Notes: generated by a model from the letters alone, not told the origin. Positions 44,862-55,420 are shown, counted from the first letter of the stretch. The stretch: DNA of 64,000 bases from an uncultured Akkermansia sp. (GCA_947629715.1 CANRET010000003.1:21193-85192); one strand, 5' to 3'. Made by a program: numbers and translations.

Positions 44862-47800
44862 ATGAAAATATCAACCCCATTCTCCATGATACTTGCCTTG
44901 GCAGTGCTTGGGTCTCCGCTTGTGAGCCAAGCTCAGGATCCGGCCGCCGAGTTCAAGGTTGTGCAGCAACTGCGCGCCGAGAAAAAGTCGGCGGAGGCAC
45001 TTAAGCGCATTGATCAAGTACTGGCGGTGTATGGCAACCCGCAATCCCGCGTTGGCAAGCAATTTTCCTATTTTACTCCTTTCTTCTTGTGGCAGAAAGC
45101 AAGTGTACTTACCGATATGGGGGAGTATGACAAGGCGTGCGAGGTGTACAAGGATTTGAGTTCTAACGCAGCGTACAAGGATCGCGCACGCATTGACAAT
45201 TCCAAAGTACTCCCCGGCTGGAATGATGAAGGCTATGCGCCACTGCTCACCATGGCTCTTTTCCAGGAAGGATTGGCGCGTTATCAACAGGCCGTTGGCG
45301 CCAGTGGCAAAGAAGCGGTGCCTGAGATGTTCGACAAGTGCATCCCCCAGCTGGAAAATTACCTGAAGCTCTACGACGGCAATAAAGTATCCAGACGGGA
45401 AAAGTCAATGAAGATTGATGGACAGGTTTGCGTGCTGCTCTTGCAGTCGTACCTGCTCAGGAAAGATCCGGACTTTTCGAAAGCGGGTCTGTACATGGAA
45501 CGCGTGGGCAAGGCCAAGGCTGTTTTGCCGGACGAAATGGTGATGAGCGCTCTGAGTACGGTCATGCGTGTTGCTTCTGATAACCCGCAGTACATTGAAT
45601 GGGGAGCCAAGATGGTAGAAGCTAATCCCGCCAGTTTCCATGTGGCACCGCATCGTCTTGCCCCTTACACGGCGAATTTATACAATTTTGGTGTGCGGTC
45701 CGTGCGTCTCATGGAAGAGGGGCTTGCTTCCGGTGATATGGAACAAGCGCTTGCTTCCCTCCGTACGGCTAATGTCCTGTTGGGCATCATGCCCGACACC
45801 GCCGAGGCACGTGATTCACTTATGGGTGTCGTGAAGCTTGTGGGAGCTTCACCCCGGGCTGTTATGGATAGAAATTTGGGAACCACTTACGTGGGCGAGC
45901 GCAGTAAGAGCTACGCAGAACGCTTGGATTCCATCATTAAGGATCATACGGAGCTGGAGGCGTACGCTACCCTTAGTTTGGCCAATGCAGCAGTGCGTCT
46001 TGGTTCCAGTCGTTTGGCCAAGGCCGGCGTTAAGTTGGTGCTGGATCGCTACCCACACCTGCGCCAGCAGGGCGGTGAGAAAAAGGAGCTGCGAGATCTC
46101 AACTACCTTCAGTATTCCCAGCTCTGTCGTGCTACCGGCGATGAAGAGACGGCGCTTAAGTACGAAGATAAGCTGAATCCTGAAAACGTCGGAGATGGCA
46201 ATAAGAATGTGGTGGCGATTAACAAAATGATCCGCCTGACCAAGGAGAAGCAATGGGAGCGGGTTATACCCGCTGCAGATGAAGTCCTCTCCGGGCTCAC
46301 AAAGGAGAGAGATCCGCTCAACTACGTGAGCGCATGTTTCACCAAAGTGGCAGCTAACTACAATTTGCATCGCATGGAGCAAGTCGTTAAGGACGGTACG
46401 GCACTGATGGAGTCCGGCTTCTTCACTCCGAAGGAAGGAGGGTTGACCCCGGAGCAAGTGCTCAATTATGAGCCGCAGACTATGTATTTCGTCATGGATG
46501 CGTATAAGGAGCTGGGCGCGAAGGATCCTAAGAATTACGACAAAGCCATGGCCATGGCTGACAGTTTCATGCAAAAGTATCCCTCGATTAACCTGGAGGA
46601 GAACAGCATGGCCCCCAACGTGTACTTTGATGCTATCACAGTGCTGCTCAAGCGTCGCGGACACGGGGATGAAACTGCCGACAAGGCAGATATGCAGAAA
46701 GCGTTGCGCTATTGCGATGTCATCGCTAAGAATTGGAAGGCGCACGAACTCTACCCAACATCGAGACTTCTTGCAGGCAGCATCCTCATCAATGGTGATG
46801 ACGACGCCGTGAAACCCGAGGGCATTGCGGCTCTCGAGGAATGCGTACAGGCAGCCTTGCAGTTGGAGGAAGGGAAGGGTAAGCCCGTCGCTTCTAATGC
46901 TCTCTTCTGGCTGGTTTCTTTTGCTCCGGAATACCCGCGTGAGGGAGAGGACCAAGCTGCGTTGGCCGCGCGCGTAAGAGGATACTTCGATACTTACTGG
47001 AAAGATGTGGACAGCGAGGGCGACGCCTATGCGTTGCAGATGGCATCGCTGCAACTTTCCCGCTCGTTGGAGTCCAAAGATGTCGCCGCCTACGAGTCGG
47101 CTCTTGCAAACGCCCAGAAGATTATTGCCCGCGAAGCTTCCTACGCCTTTAGCAATAACATGCATAATCCCGAATTGGAACGCACCGTCAACTCCTATGT
47201 TGACTCGTACGTTGACGGGGAAAAGGATATTCATGGCAAGGTTCTCACTTTGGAAGAAAAGACGCAACACCTCACTGCTTTCCCGGGTATTGACCCGCAG
47301 GACAAGTACACCAACGCCATTTTCCGCATGGCGCTGTTGAATTCCATGAATGAGGCCCTGACCTCCGCCAAACGCGCAGGCAAGTCACAGGAAGCTGCCG
47401 AACTTGAGCGTGATATTGCTCGCTCTTTCCGCCAGATGCGCGATGCATTTAAACCGGAGGATCTCACCAACTTTATTTGTGTGCAGGTGGGCAACTTTGA
47501 AGTGGAATACGCTCGTCGCTTCCGTGCAGGCAGTCCGGAACGCAAGCAGGAGGTGCAGGTGGCTCTTTCCTACTTCGACCAGGTGCTTAACCGGGGAACG
47601 GATTATCAGAATGAGGCTATGCTCGGCAAGGCGCAGTCATTGGCGCTTTCGGATGATGACGCAGCTCGACAGGAAGCCTTTGGTTTGTACTCCAAGCTCA
47701 GCAGTGCGCAGGATCCGGCCGTGGTTGCCCCGGCACTCATCGGCTTGACCGACTTGAATATGAGTACCGGCAACTACCGTGGTGCGGTGGAAAGCGCCGG

Positions 47801-48245
47801 CAAGTTCATGAATATTCGAGGAGGCAGTACGCCACGCGCTCGTTTGGAGATGATGCTGAAATATGCTGAGGCTTTCTGTGCATCCGGGGAGGTTCAGAAG
47901 GGTATCCAAACCTACGTGAACCTCTACAGCCAGAATCGTGGCAACATTACTTTCTCCGCTCCGGCGGTAAAGGGTATTATGACTCAGCTCTGGAAGCGCA
48001 ACACTCCCAGTAGCGGCGATCGGTTGCAAAATACCTTTAAGCAGTCTGACCACTGGCGTGCGTGGAATACCGGGCGCGACTACGTAACCCAGATTCGTCG
48101 CGCGGGTATTGACCAGAAGATGACGCCGGCTGAGCGAGACTTGTTCAATGAGGTGGTTCTTCTTGTCGAGGAGTATGGCAAGGATGCAGCCGTGCAGCGC
48201 GAAGAGAAGGAAAAGAACGATTTCCAATCCAAGCTCAGCAAGTGA
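44862..48245 (+). CDS. Large secreted TPR-like alpha-solenoid protein (Mul1A-like)
   Basis: Signal peptide; repeated helix pairs (e.g. LGKAQSLALS..EAFGLYSKL); position after ExbBDD. Confidence 0.8.
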   Translation: MKISTPFSMILALAVLGSPLVSQAQDPAAEFKVVQQLRAEKKSAEALKRIDQVLAVYGNPQSRVGKQFSYFTPFFLWQKASVLTDMGEYDKACEVYKDLSSNAAYKDRARIDNSKVLPGWNDEGYAPLLTMALFQEGLARYQQAVGASGKEAVPEMFDKCIPQLENYLKLYDGNKVSRREKSMKIDGQVCVLLLQSYLLRKDPDFSKAGLYMERVGKAKAVLPDEMVMSALSTVMRVASDNPQYIEWGAKMVEANPASFHVAPHRLAPYTANLYNFGVRSVRLMEEGLASGDMEQALASLRTANVLLGIMPDTAEARDSLMGVVKLVGASPRAVMDRNLGTTYVGERSKSYAERLDSIIKDHTELEAYATLSLANAAVRLGSSRLAKAGVKLVLDRYPHLRQQGGEKKELRDLNYLQYSQLCRATGDEETALKYEDKLNPENVGDGNKNVVAINKMIRLTKEKQWERVIPAADEVLSGLTKERDPLNYVSACFTKVAANYNLHRMEQVVKDGTALMESGFFTPKEGGLTPEQVLNYEPQTMYFVMDAYKELGAKDPKNYDKAMAMADSFMQKYPSINLEENSMAPNVYFDAITVLLKRRGHGDETADKADMQKALRYCDVIAKNWKAHELYPTSRLLAGSILINGDDDAVKPEGIAALEECVQAALQLEEGKGKPVASNALFWLVSFAPEYPREGEDQAALAARVRGYFDTYWKDVDSEGDAYALQMASLQLSRSLESKDVAAYESALANAQKIIAREASYAFSNNMHNPELERTVNSYVDSYVDGEKDIHGKVLTLEEKTQHLTAFPGIDPQDKYTNAIFRMALLNSMNEALTSAKRAGKSQEAAELERDIARSFRQMRDAFKPEDLTNFICVQVGNFEVEYARRFRAGSPERKQEVQVALSYFDQVLNRGTDYQNEAMLGKAQSLALSDDDAARQEAFGLYSKLSSAQDPAVVAPALIGLTDLNMSTGNYRGAVESAGKFMNIRGGSTPRARLEMMLKYAEAFCASGEVQKGIQTYVNLYSQNRGNITFSAPAVKGIMTQLWKRNTPSSGDRLQNTFKQSDHWRAWNTGRDYVTQIRRAGIDQKMTPAERDLFNEVVLLVEEYGKDAAVQREEKEKNDFQSKLSK

Positions 48246-48284
48246 TCACCTAAGACAGACAACAAAAGCACATGATTTACCGAT

Positions 48285-49322
48285 ATGAAAACTAAGCACG
48301 TCCTCATTCTACTACTTTCCGGATTGCTTATGCTGCAGTCTCATCTGTCGGCTCAGCAGCAGGGTGCTGCTCCGCTCACACTCACGGTTCAACTGCAGCC
48401 CAATAAGAGCAATAAGGTGCGCCGCATCCCGATTATGGCCCCTCCGGGCGCTCCCAAGGGAACGTTTCTTTATCAAGCCTCCCGAGACGAGCCTCCTGTG
48501 AGTGATCAGGTGAAGAATTACAAGCTTTTCTTCATAGAGACCCCGGCGGATCTTGCTAACGCTATTCGCACGTACTCAGCGGATGATCTCAACGCCGCGA
48601 AGAGGCAGTTGGCACGTGTGCGCTCCATATATGCGCCCTTCAACGGGCTTCCCAATAATCCTTCCACGGCAGCCGCTCTGTTGGAACTGAGCTGCAATGC
48701 GCGGGCTATGGATTGGGCGGGCTTGGGCAAGGCTGTGGCGGAGTTTCCAGCGCCTCGCGGGCTGGAGCCGACAGATCGTATGAAGCTGGATGCTGCCCGT
48801 ATTCTCAGCCTTGTGAGCGATGATCCGACCACAGCCGAAGATCGTCGCAAGAAGGCCGAGGAGGCCATTGCTGCCGCTCAGAAGTCTTCTTCTGTCACCT
48901 CTGAAACTTACACTTGGCTTAAATATGCTTTGGCGCGTGCATTGGCCAGCAATATCCCCGCAGCCGAGCTGCAGAAGGGTATCAGTGAGGAAAATGTCAA
49001 AGTAGCGAGCCAAGCTGTGGATGCGTACTGTGAGGCGGCAGCGTCTGCTCACGGTCGCTACATGGAACTCCCCGTAGATGCCATGCATCGAGCCTTTCGT
49101 ATCCTGTGGGCTATGCCGGGAGTGAAGGCGTACATGCCTAAGTCCAGAAAGATGGATAAAAAGACGTGGGACGCTGCGCCGTGCAATTTTAAGGATGCTG
49201 TAGCTATGGCATACTTGCTGCGCAATGTATATGCGCCGAAGCTCAAGGACGAGGCGATTTCCACGGCTGTCGGCCTGTACTATAGTGAGCAGCTGAATAC
49301 AAAAAAGACTCCCAAAAAGTAG
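48285..49322 (+). CDS. Secreted helical protein (Mul1B-like)
   Basis: Signal peptide; Ala-rich helices; last gene before a terminator. Confidence 0.75.
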   Translation: MKTKHVLILLLSGLLMLQSHLSAQQQGAAPLTLTVQLQPNKSNKVRRIPIMAPPGAPKGTFLYQASRDEPPVSDQVKNYKLFFIETPADLANAIRTYSADDLNAAKRQLARVRSIYAPFNGLPNNPSTAAALLELSCNARAMDWAGLGKAVAEFPAPRGLEPTDRMKLDAARILSLVSDDPTTAEDRRKKAEEAIAAAQKSSSVTSETYTWLKYALARALASNIPAAELQKGISEENVKVASQAVDAYCEAAASAHGRYMELPVDAMHRAFRILWAMPGVKAYMPKSRKMDKKTWDAAPCNFKDAVAMAYLLRNVYAPKLKDEAISTAVGLYYSEQLNTKKTPKK

Positions 49323-49340
49323 AGCCTTTCAACATTCTGC

Positions 49341-49378
49341 GGCAGGTGAAGAAGTTTTGCTCCTTCATCTGCCTTTTT
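49341..49378 (+). terminator. Intrinsic terminator closing the ExbBDD-TPR operon
   Basis: GGCAGGTGAAG...CTTCATCTGCC-TTTTT. Confidence 0.8.
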
Positions 49379-49407
49379 CCTCTCTCCCCTTGCGCTTCTT
49401 GACGATT

Positions 49408-49893
49408 ATGCACGATATGCTTGTTCGCCTGTACGCCCTGCCGGAACTTGCTCCACTCGTGCGATGTGTGGCTGAGCAGGGGATCAATATTCGCCGCTGC
49501 AGACCCTTTGAGTTACACTTGCTGCAACATTGGGTGGCTGCGCATTTCAGCCCAAAATGGGTAAGCGAGGCAACCATCGCTATGAGTCGTCAACCGCCTG
49601 GTTGCTTCATTGCTACGCACGATGGGCAGATCTTGGGCTTTGTATGTGTGGATGTCACTATGCGTGGATTTATAGGTCCCATGGGGCTTGCGCCGACTTC
49701 ACGCGGCAAGGGGATTGGTCGTGTTTTATTGCTCAGAGGTCTGCATGAGATGAGAGCACTTGGCTATGCCTATGCTGTCATCGGTGGCGTGGGTCCGGCA
49801 GAGTTCTATCGTCATGTGGTTGGAGCCATCGATATCCCGGATTCTACCCCTGGCATCTATGGAGATTTGTTGCCCGACACGCCGCAGACATGA
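49408..49893 (+). CDS. GNAT family N-acetyltransferase
   Basis: IGPMGLAPTSRGKGIGRVLL acetyl-CoA motif; GPAEFY. Confidence 0.88.
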   Translation: MHDMLVRLYALPELAPLVRCVAEQGINIRRCRPFELHLLQHWVAAHFSPKWVSEATIAMSRQPPGCFIATHDGQILGFVCVDVTMRGFIGPMGLAPTSRGKGIGRVLLLRGLHEMRALGYAYAVIGGVGPAEFYRHVVGAIDIPDSTPGIYGDLLPDTPQT

Positions 49894-49964
49894 GTTAGGC
49901 TTGCATTTTTTTCGTAGGTTTGCAGCATTTTTTTGCTGCGCGCAATTTTTTCTTCCCCTTTACC

Positions 49965-49993
49965 TTGACACGTCGCTCATTTCTTGCTAAAGT
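49965..49993 (+). promoter_or_regulatory. Sigma70 promoter
   Basis: TTGACA-N17-TAAAGT with extended TG. Confidence 0.65.
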
Positions 49994-50021
49994 GCAGGGA
50001 AGGTACTACCTCACCCTATCC

Positions 50022-50720
50022 ATGAAACGAACCATCTTCGCTGCTTCCTGTGCTGTCTTGGCTGCTCTCGTGCTCGGCTCCTGCCAAAAAGAGAACAAGA
50101 GCGTTGTTGAACTTGCTCGCGAACTCACCACCGAATTGCAGGCAATTACGGATGCTGCTTCGGCCGATTCTCATGCTGCACGCGTTGCCGTCCTCAACAA
50201 GCGCTTTGAAAATGCCAGAGTGCGTGTGCTTGCTTTGAACGATACTGCCCTTCAGCGCAGTGCCGAGAGCGATTTTGACAGCATTGGCACTGATTATGCT
50301 GCGGCCACCAAAGCGCTCGCTCGCGAGATCGGTCGTGTGCGCGCCTCGTTCCCGACCTCTGCCAGCGATGGCGATGTGGATCAAGACCGTTTACTTATCG
50401 CGATTGCCGAAGCTCAAGGCGCCAAAGGAACGCCTGATGAACTTAAAGAGGCGGGCAGGCGGTACATGCAGGACACTGATAACCCTCACGAAACTCCGGG
50501 AACTTTCCCCGAGTATTATGGCTCCGAAAAGCTCCGCGAGGCCCTTTCCTACCATGCTTCTGTGACTCAGGTAAACAACATGAAATTTGATGGCGCAGAG
50601 GACGTACCCGCCGTACCCGCCGTCAGCCGGGAACCACAGGATGCTCCCACTGGCACGACTTCCACTGATGAGGAAGGAGAGGGTTCTTCTTCTGGTGATG
50701 AGGACGGCGAGGAACTCTGA
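50022..50720 (+). CDS. Hypothetical lipoprotein with acidic tail
   Basis: Lipobox LGSC; LQAITDAASADSHAARV motif resembling the proteins at 125-1026. Confidence 0.8.
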   Translation: MKRTIFAASCAVLAALVLGSCQKENKSVVELARELTTELQAITDAASADSHAARVAVLNKRFENARVRVLALNDTALQRSAESDFDSIGTDYAAATKALAREIGRVRASFPTSASDGDVDQDRLLIAIAEAQGAKGTPDELKEAGRRYMQDTDNPHETPGTFPEYYGSEKLREALSYHASVTQVNNMKFDGAEDVPAVPAVSREPQDAPTGTTSTDEEGEGSSSGDEDGEEL

Positions 50721-50828
50721 GAATTCCTCGCATCTCACTGCGCAGGTTTCGAAAGCTGACCACGCGTTCAAAAAAAGCAAGGTGGCTCCGCGGTCCGCGA
50801 CGCCGCCTTTGTTTTGTCTCCTCAGATC

Positions 50829-51599
50829 ATGTCGCGTTTCCTTTTTTCCTGTGCGTACGATGGTGCTCCGTGGCTTGGTTGGCAGAGCCAGGTCGGTGGA
50901 AATACCGTGCAAGATTGCATAGAGAGTTGCTTTGCGCGAATTCTTCATGAGCCTTTACGGATTCATGCCGCCGGTCGCACGGATGCCGGAGTACACGCAT
51001 TGGCGCAGTATTTTCACGCTGACGTGCCGGAGTCAAGCCGCATGGATGCGGCGGCGTGGCAGGCTGCGCTGAATGCATATCTTCCTGCTTCCATTCGTAT
51101 CATGAGTGTGCAATTGGCACCCCCGGATTTCCACGCTCGTTTTAGTGCTACGGGTAAGGAGTACGAATATCGTATCTTCTGCGGCTCAGTGTTGCCACCT
51201 CATTTGGCCGGGCGTGCTTGGCATTGTCGCCGCAAGCTGCATTTGCCCACACTTCGCCGTGTCCTGAAACTCTACGTTGGCGAACATGATTTCCGGCATT
51301 TTGCCGTACGTCGGGGCAATGAACCCAATCCTATACCGTTGAACTTTTTTTTCCGCATTATTTTTTCCGCAACCCTCACTTGTCGCGGGGAAATGCTCAC
51401 TTTGCGATTTTGCGGCTCCGGCTTTCTCTACCGTATGGTGCGTATGCTTGTCGGAGCAGCCGTTCAAGCGGCGGCTGGGACTATATCGCCGAGTGATATC
51501 GACGTGGCGCTCAGGCAGTCGCACGGCGCTTCACCATGCTTTTGCGCCCCGCCGGACGGTCTTTACCTCCTGCGCGTTCTATATGAACCCATTGACTAA
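50829..51599 (+). CDS. truA: tRNA pseudouridine(38-40) synthase
   Basis: AYDG..W.GWQ, AGRTDAGVHA (catalytic Asp), FHARFSA, G.HDF, GFLYRMVR, APPDGLYL. Confidence 0.95.
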   Translation: MSRFLFSCAYDGAPWLGWQSQVGGNTVQDCIESCFARILHEPLRIHAAGRTDAGVHALAQYFHADVPESSRMDAAAWQAALNAYLPASIRIMSVQLAPPDFHARFSATGKEYEYRIFCGSVLPPHLAGRAWHCRRKLHLPTLRRVLKLYVGEHDFRHFAVRRGNEPNPIPLNFFFRIIFSATLTCRGEMLTLRFCGSGFLYRMVRMLVGAAVQAAAGTISPSDIDVALRQSHGASPCFCAPPDGLYLLRVLYEPID

Positions 51600-51619
51600 G
51601 CGATAGATCGAGGAAACAC

Positions 51620-51650
51620 AAAAAGCGCGCGACCTCTCGGCCGCGCGCTT
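51620..51650 (-). terminator. Terminator between convergent truA and the Sel1 gene
   Basis: AAGCGCGCG/CGCGCGCTT stem with a T-tract on the minus strand. Confidence 0.7.
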
Positions 51651-51670
51651 CGTTACAGCGATTTTTGGCT

Positions 51671-52159
51671 TTACATATCTTTGCTCTTTGAGTCATCAGT
51701 GTCGGATTGTTTCTTTTCACTATGCTCTTTGCACTTTTCCATAAACTCCTTTGCTTTTTCCATGTCTTTCTCCAACCCTCCTTTTCCATGTTCATACAAG
51801 TGGGCCAGAGCACGGCATGCCGTTGGGTTTCCATTTTTGGACGCATTCAGAAGACCGGGCAAGGCGTGTGCGTACAATGCTTTTGCTTTCTCCGGATCCT
51901 TCTTCGTGCCGTTCACGCCGTTTTCTGTGATGTAGGCTATTGCGTATTGGGCTATTGGATCTCCATTCGCTGCGGCCAGTGTCATGGTATCTACGTTGAT
52001 CCAATAAGTCTCATCGCACGATGCTCCTGTGCCATCTGCGTTGCATACGATCGACGGTTTTGTCTCATCTTGCCCACTTGGTGTGCCAGTGGTGTCCGTG
52101 GCGCCCATAGCCAGGAAACTGCTCAGCGCCGTCATTGTCATGAATGCTGTTGTTTTCAT
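51671..52159 (-). CDS. Secreted Sel1-repeat protein
   Basis: Signal peptide; AAANGDPIAQYAIA and NGNPTACRALAHLYEHGKGGLEKDMEKA Sel1 repeats. Confidence 0.85.
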   Translation of the reverse strand: MKTTAFMTMTALSSFLAMGATDTTGTPSGQDETKPSIVCNADGTGASCDETYWINVDTMTLAAANGDPIAQYAIAYITENGVNGTKKDPEKAKALYAHALPGLLNASKNGNPTACRALAHLYEHGKGGLEKDMEKAKEFMEKCKEHSEKKQSDTDDSKSKDM

Positions 52160-52271
52160 AGAGCTTGAGCATGTATCTACCTTGCCGATTCTGCAATCTA
52201 TTTTTACCAACCTTTAGCTCTTTCCATTTTCTCTTATTCAGAAAAAATTATGTCTTTTCGCGAAATTGTGA

Positions 52272-52300
52272 TTGACGTGACGTGAAATGTCGTGTATATT
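52272..52300 (+). promoter_or_regulatory. Promoter of the tRNA-Thr-tuf operon
   Basis: TTGACG-N17-TATATT. Confidence 0.7.
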
Positions 52301-52347
52301 CTCCCCGCTTTTCCGTCCCCCCCGTGGGATGGCTCTGGAGCGTGATC

Positions 52348-52419
<72 letters not shown>

Positions 52420-52465
52420 TTGATGCTCTGCAAGAATAAGCAGCTCAAACTAATTCAAAAACATT

Positions 52466-53647
52466 ATGGCTAAAGAAGCATTCCAGAGAACCAAACCCCA
52501 TGTGAACGTGGGGACGATCGGTCACGTTGACCATGGTAAGACTTCCCTCACGGCTGCAATTACTAAGGTTCTTGCAGACCAGGGCAAGGCTGAATACAAG
52601 GCGTATGATCAGATTGACGGCGCTCCTGAGGAGCGCGAGCGTGGCATCACTATTTCCACTGCTCACGTCGAGTATCAGACCGACAAGCGCCACTATGCTC
52701 ACGTTGACTGCCCCGGGCACGCCGACTATGTGAAGAACATGATCACAGGCGCAGCTCAAATGGATGGCGCCATTCTCGTGGTGTCCGCCGCCGATGGCCC
52801 GATGCCGCAGACTCGTGAGCACATCCTGCTTGCTCGTCAGGTAGGTGTGCCTTACATCGTGGTGTACATGAACAAGATGGATCTTGCAGATCCTGAACTC
52901 GCCGAGCTCGTGGAGATGGAAATTCGTGAGCTCCTTTCCTCCTACGACTTCCCGGGAGATGAAATCCCCATCATCAAGGGGTCTGCCGTGAAGGCTCTGG
53001 AGGGCGATCCTGATGCTGTCAAATCCATTTTGGACCTCATGGAAGCGGTGGATACCTACATTCCGACTCCGGAGCGCCCGATTGATAAGCCCTTCCTGAT
53101 GCCGGTGGAGGACGTGTTCTCTATCTCCGGTCGCGGTACGGTAGCAACCGGTCGTATCGAGCGTGGAGTTATCAACAAGATGGAGGAAGTGGAAATTGTG
53201 GGCATCAAGCCGACGGTGAAGACGGCAGTGACGGACATTGAGATGTTCCGCAAGCTGCTCGACAAGGGCGAGGCTGGCGACAATGTGGGCGTACTGCTGC
53301 GCGGCATCAAGAAGGAGGATATCGTGCGCGGTCAGGTGATCGCTAAGCCGGGGTCTGTGACTCCTCACACGGTATTTGAGGCGGCTGTGTACGTGCTCAC
53401 CAAGGAGGAGGGCGGTCGTCACACTCCGTTCTTCGCCAACTATCGTCCGCAGTTCTACTTCCGCACTACGGATGTGACCGGTACTGTCACCTTGCCTGAG
53501 GGCACGGAAATGGTGATGCCTGGCGATAATGTGACCATCGGTGTGGAACTCATTACCCCCATCGCTATGGAAGAGGGTATGCGTTTCGCCATCCGCGAAG
53601 GCGGCCGTACTGTTGGTGCCGGCAAGGTGGCCAAGATCAAAGGCTGA
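52466..53647 (+). CDS. tuf: Elongation factor Tu
   Basis: [52 protein letters not shown]. Confidence 0.99.
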   Translation: MAKEAFQRTKPHVNVGTIGHVDHGKTSLTAAITKVLADQGKAEYKAYDQIDGAPEERERGITISTAHVEYQTDKRHYAHVDCPGHADYVKNMITGAAQMDGAILVVSAADGPMPQTREHILLARQVGVPYIVVYMNKMDLADPELAELVEMEIRELLSSYDFPGDEIPIIKGSAVKALEGDPDAVKSILDLMEAVDTYIPTPERPIDKPFLMPVEDVFSISGRGTVATGRIERGVINKMEEVEIVGIKPTVKTAVTDIEMFRKLLDKGEAGDNVGVLLRGIKKEDIVRGQVIAKPGSVTPHTVFEAAVYVLTKEEGGRHTPFFANYRPQFYFRTTDVTGTVTLPEGTEMVMPGDNVTIGVELITPIAMEEGMRFAIREGGRTVGAGKVAKIKG

Positions 53648-53796
53648 CTCCCCCGTATCGCTTTATTAACTTAACCCCTCGGCAACGCCTCAATCCCCCA
53701 TTTGGGGAATAGGGCGTGCCGGTACGGATGGCGGGGGATGCCTCATCAATCGATGGCATCCCCTGACCGTTCGGGCAAAATCTCATCCAAAAGCAT

Positions 53797-53869
53797 AGGG
53801 TACTAGCTCAATTGGTAGAGCGGCGGTCTCCAAAACCGCATGTTGGGAGTTCGAGTCTCTCGTACCCTG
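53797..53869 (+). tRNA. tRNA-Trp(CCA), CCA end not encoded
   Basis: AGGGTAC/GTACCCT acceptor; GCGGT-CTCCAAA-ACCGC anticodon arm; canonical position before secE. Confidence 0.96.
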
Positions 53870-53925
53870 TACAAGGAAGACCAAGCAAGGTTTTCACGAA
53901 TCATCACCTCACCATAGACGCACTC

Positions 53926-54153
53926 ATGTTTCGAAAGATATCACAGTTCATCTCCGCTATCAAGAGTGAGCTTAAGAAATGCTCATGGCCGTGGGAGAGT
54001 GATCCGAAGATTAAAGGATTCAGGAAGTTTCGGGAGCTGTGGAGTTCCACTCTGGTGGTGCTTATCGCAATGGTGCTACTGGGAGCCTATGTGGCGTTCT
54101 TTGATTTCGTTATGGCTCGTGTGGTAACTTGGGCTGTGGAACAACTTTCCTGA
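53926..54153 (+). CDS. secE: Preprotein translocase subunit SecE
   Basis: ELKKCSWP motif, single C-terminal TM, synteny. Confidence 0.92.
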   Translation: MFRKISQFISAIKSELKKCSWPWESDPKIKGFRKFRELWSSTLVVLIAMVLLGAYVAFFDFVMARVVTWAVEQLS

Positions 54154-54206
54154 GATAACCTGCTACTTTCCAAAACTTTTTCCATTCTTCATCACACTTC
54201 CTCTCT

Positions 54207-54854
54207 ATGTCACGTCCCTACGAACGCAAATCCGGTACGCGCCACGCCATACCTGCTGCACAGGATCAGTGGTATGTGTTGCATGTGCTTTCCAATAAAG
54301 AGCGCCGCGCCGTGGAAAATCTCAAGCGACTTTTCAAGGAAGATGAGGAGCTTGGCGCACTTTTGCAGAGTGACCCCCTTGTCCCCACCGAGAGAGTGGA
54401 GGAGGTGCGTAACGGCAAGAAAGTCGTCCAGGAGCGCAAGCTTTATCCCGGTTATGTTTACCTTAATTTCGCCTTGCGTGATCCTGCCACCGGCACTCTT
54501 AACAACGATGCCTGGTATAAAATTCAAGCCGTTGATGGCGTCATCAGCTTTGCATGTGGACGCAACAAGGAACCTCTCCCGATGTCCGCCAAAGATGTAG
54601 CCGACTTTAAGCGTGAAGTTGAGCGGCGCAGCGAGGGCACGCGTCAGAAAATCGTCATCAATGTGCAGGACGAAGTGGTGGTGTTGGAGGGAGCTTTCCA
54701 AGGTGAACGAGGTATTGTGGAAGAAGTCGATGCTGAACATGGCCGCCTTCGTGTGGGGGTGACGATGTTCGGGCGTTCCAACCCGCTTGATTTGGACTTT
54801 ACTCAGGTGCAGGTTGTGCCGGAGGATGAACGCAATATTCCACGGAACGAATAG
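54207..54854 (+). CDS. nusG: Transcription termination/antitermination factor NusG
   Basis: [41 protein letters not shown]. Confidence 0.96.
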   Translation: MSRPYERKSGTRHAIPAAQDQWYVLHVLSNKERRAVENLKRLFKEDEELGALLQSDPLVPTERVEEVRNGKKVVQERKLYPGYVYLNFALRDPATGTLNNDAWYKIQAVDGVISFACGRNKEPLPMSAKDVADFKREVERRSEGTRQKIVINVQDEVVVLEGAFQGERGIVEEVDAEHGRLRVGVTMFGRSNPLDLDFTQVQVVPEDERNIPRNE

Positions 54855-54916
54855 ACCCCTTAATTCTGCGCTGCTGCTCTACGTCGGCGGCGTGGATATT
54901 ACAAACACATAAAACC

Positions 54917-55345
54917 ATGGCAAAAGAAGTAGTTAAAACCATTAAACTGCAGATTCCTGCGGGAGCGGCCAATCCGTCGCCTCCGGTGGGTCCTGCTCTT
55001 GGTCAGGCGGGTGTCAATATCATGGCCTTTTGCAAAGAGTTCAATGCAAAAACTCAAAAGCAGGCTGGAGATGTTCTCCCCGTTGTGATCACTGTTTACA
55101 AGGATAAGTCTTTCGACTTCATCACGAAGATGCCTCCGGCTGCCAATCTTCTCAAGAAGGCTGCCGGTCTCTCCTCCGGTTCCGGTGAACCTAATAAAAA
55201 CAAGGTTGCCAAAATCTCCAAGGAGAAACTCATGGAGGTGGTCAATACGAAGATGCCTGACCTGAATACCAAGAATCCCGAAGCTGCGGCCCGCATCATT
55301 GCCGGGCAGGCTCGTCAAATGGGTATTGAGGTGGAAGGTCTGTAA
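54917..55345 (+). CDS. rplK: 50S ribosomal protein L11
   Basis: [30 protein letters not shown]. Confidence 0.99.
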   Translation: MAKEVVKTIKLQIPAGAANPSPPVGPALGQAGVNIMAFCKEFNAKTQKQAGDVLPVVITVYKDKSFDFITKMPPAANLLKKAAGLSSGSGEPNKNKVAKISKEKLMEVVNTKMPDLNTKNPEAAARIIAGQARQMGIEVEGL

Positions 55346-55366
55346 GGAGAATCCCTTTCTCACCGC

Positions 55367-55410
55367 GCAGGAGGGTCCTATCCGGTAACTCATAACCCCG
55401 CACGTACTGC
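55367..55410 (+). promoter_or_regulatory. Possible L1-binding leader structure upstream of rplA
   Basis: GCAG-GAG-GG...CC-CCGCACGTA-CTGC helix/asymmetric loop resembling L1 operators; not verified. Confidence 0.3.
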
Positions 55411-55420
55411 AATTATCATT

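Noticed and set aside
51345-51352. T8 tract in truA (also A8 in rplJ) as phase-variable homopolymers
   Set aside because: They are short, the frames are intact, and the genes are housekeeping.
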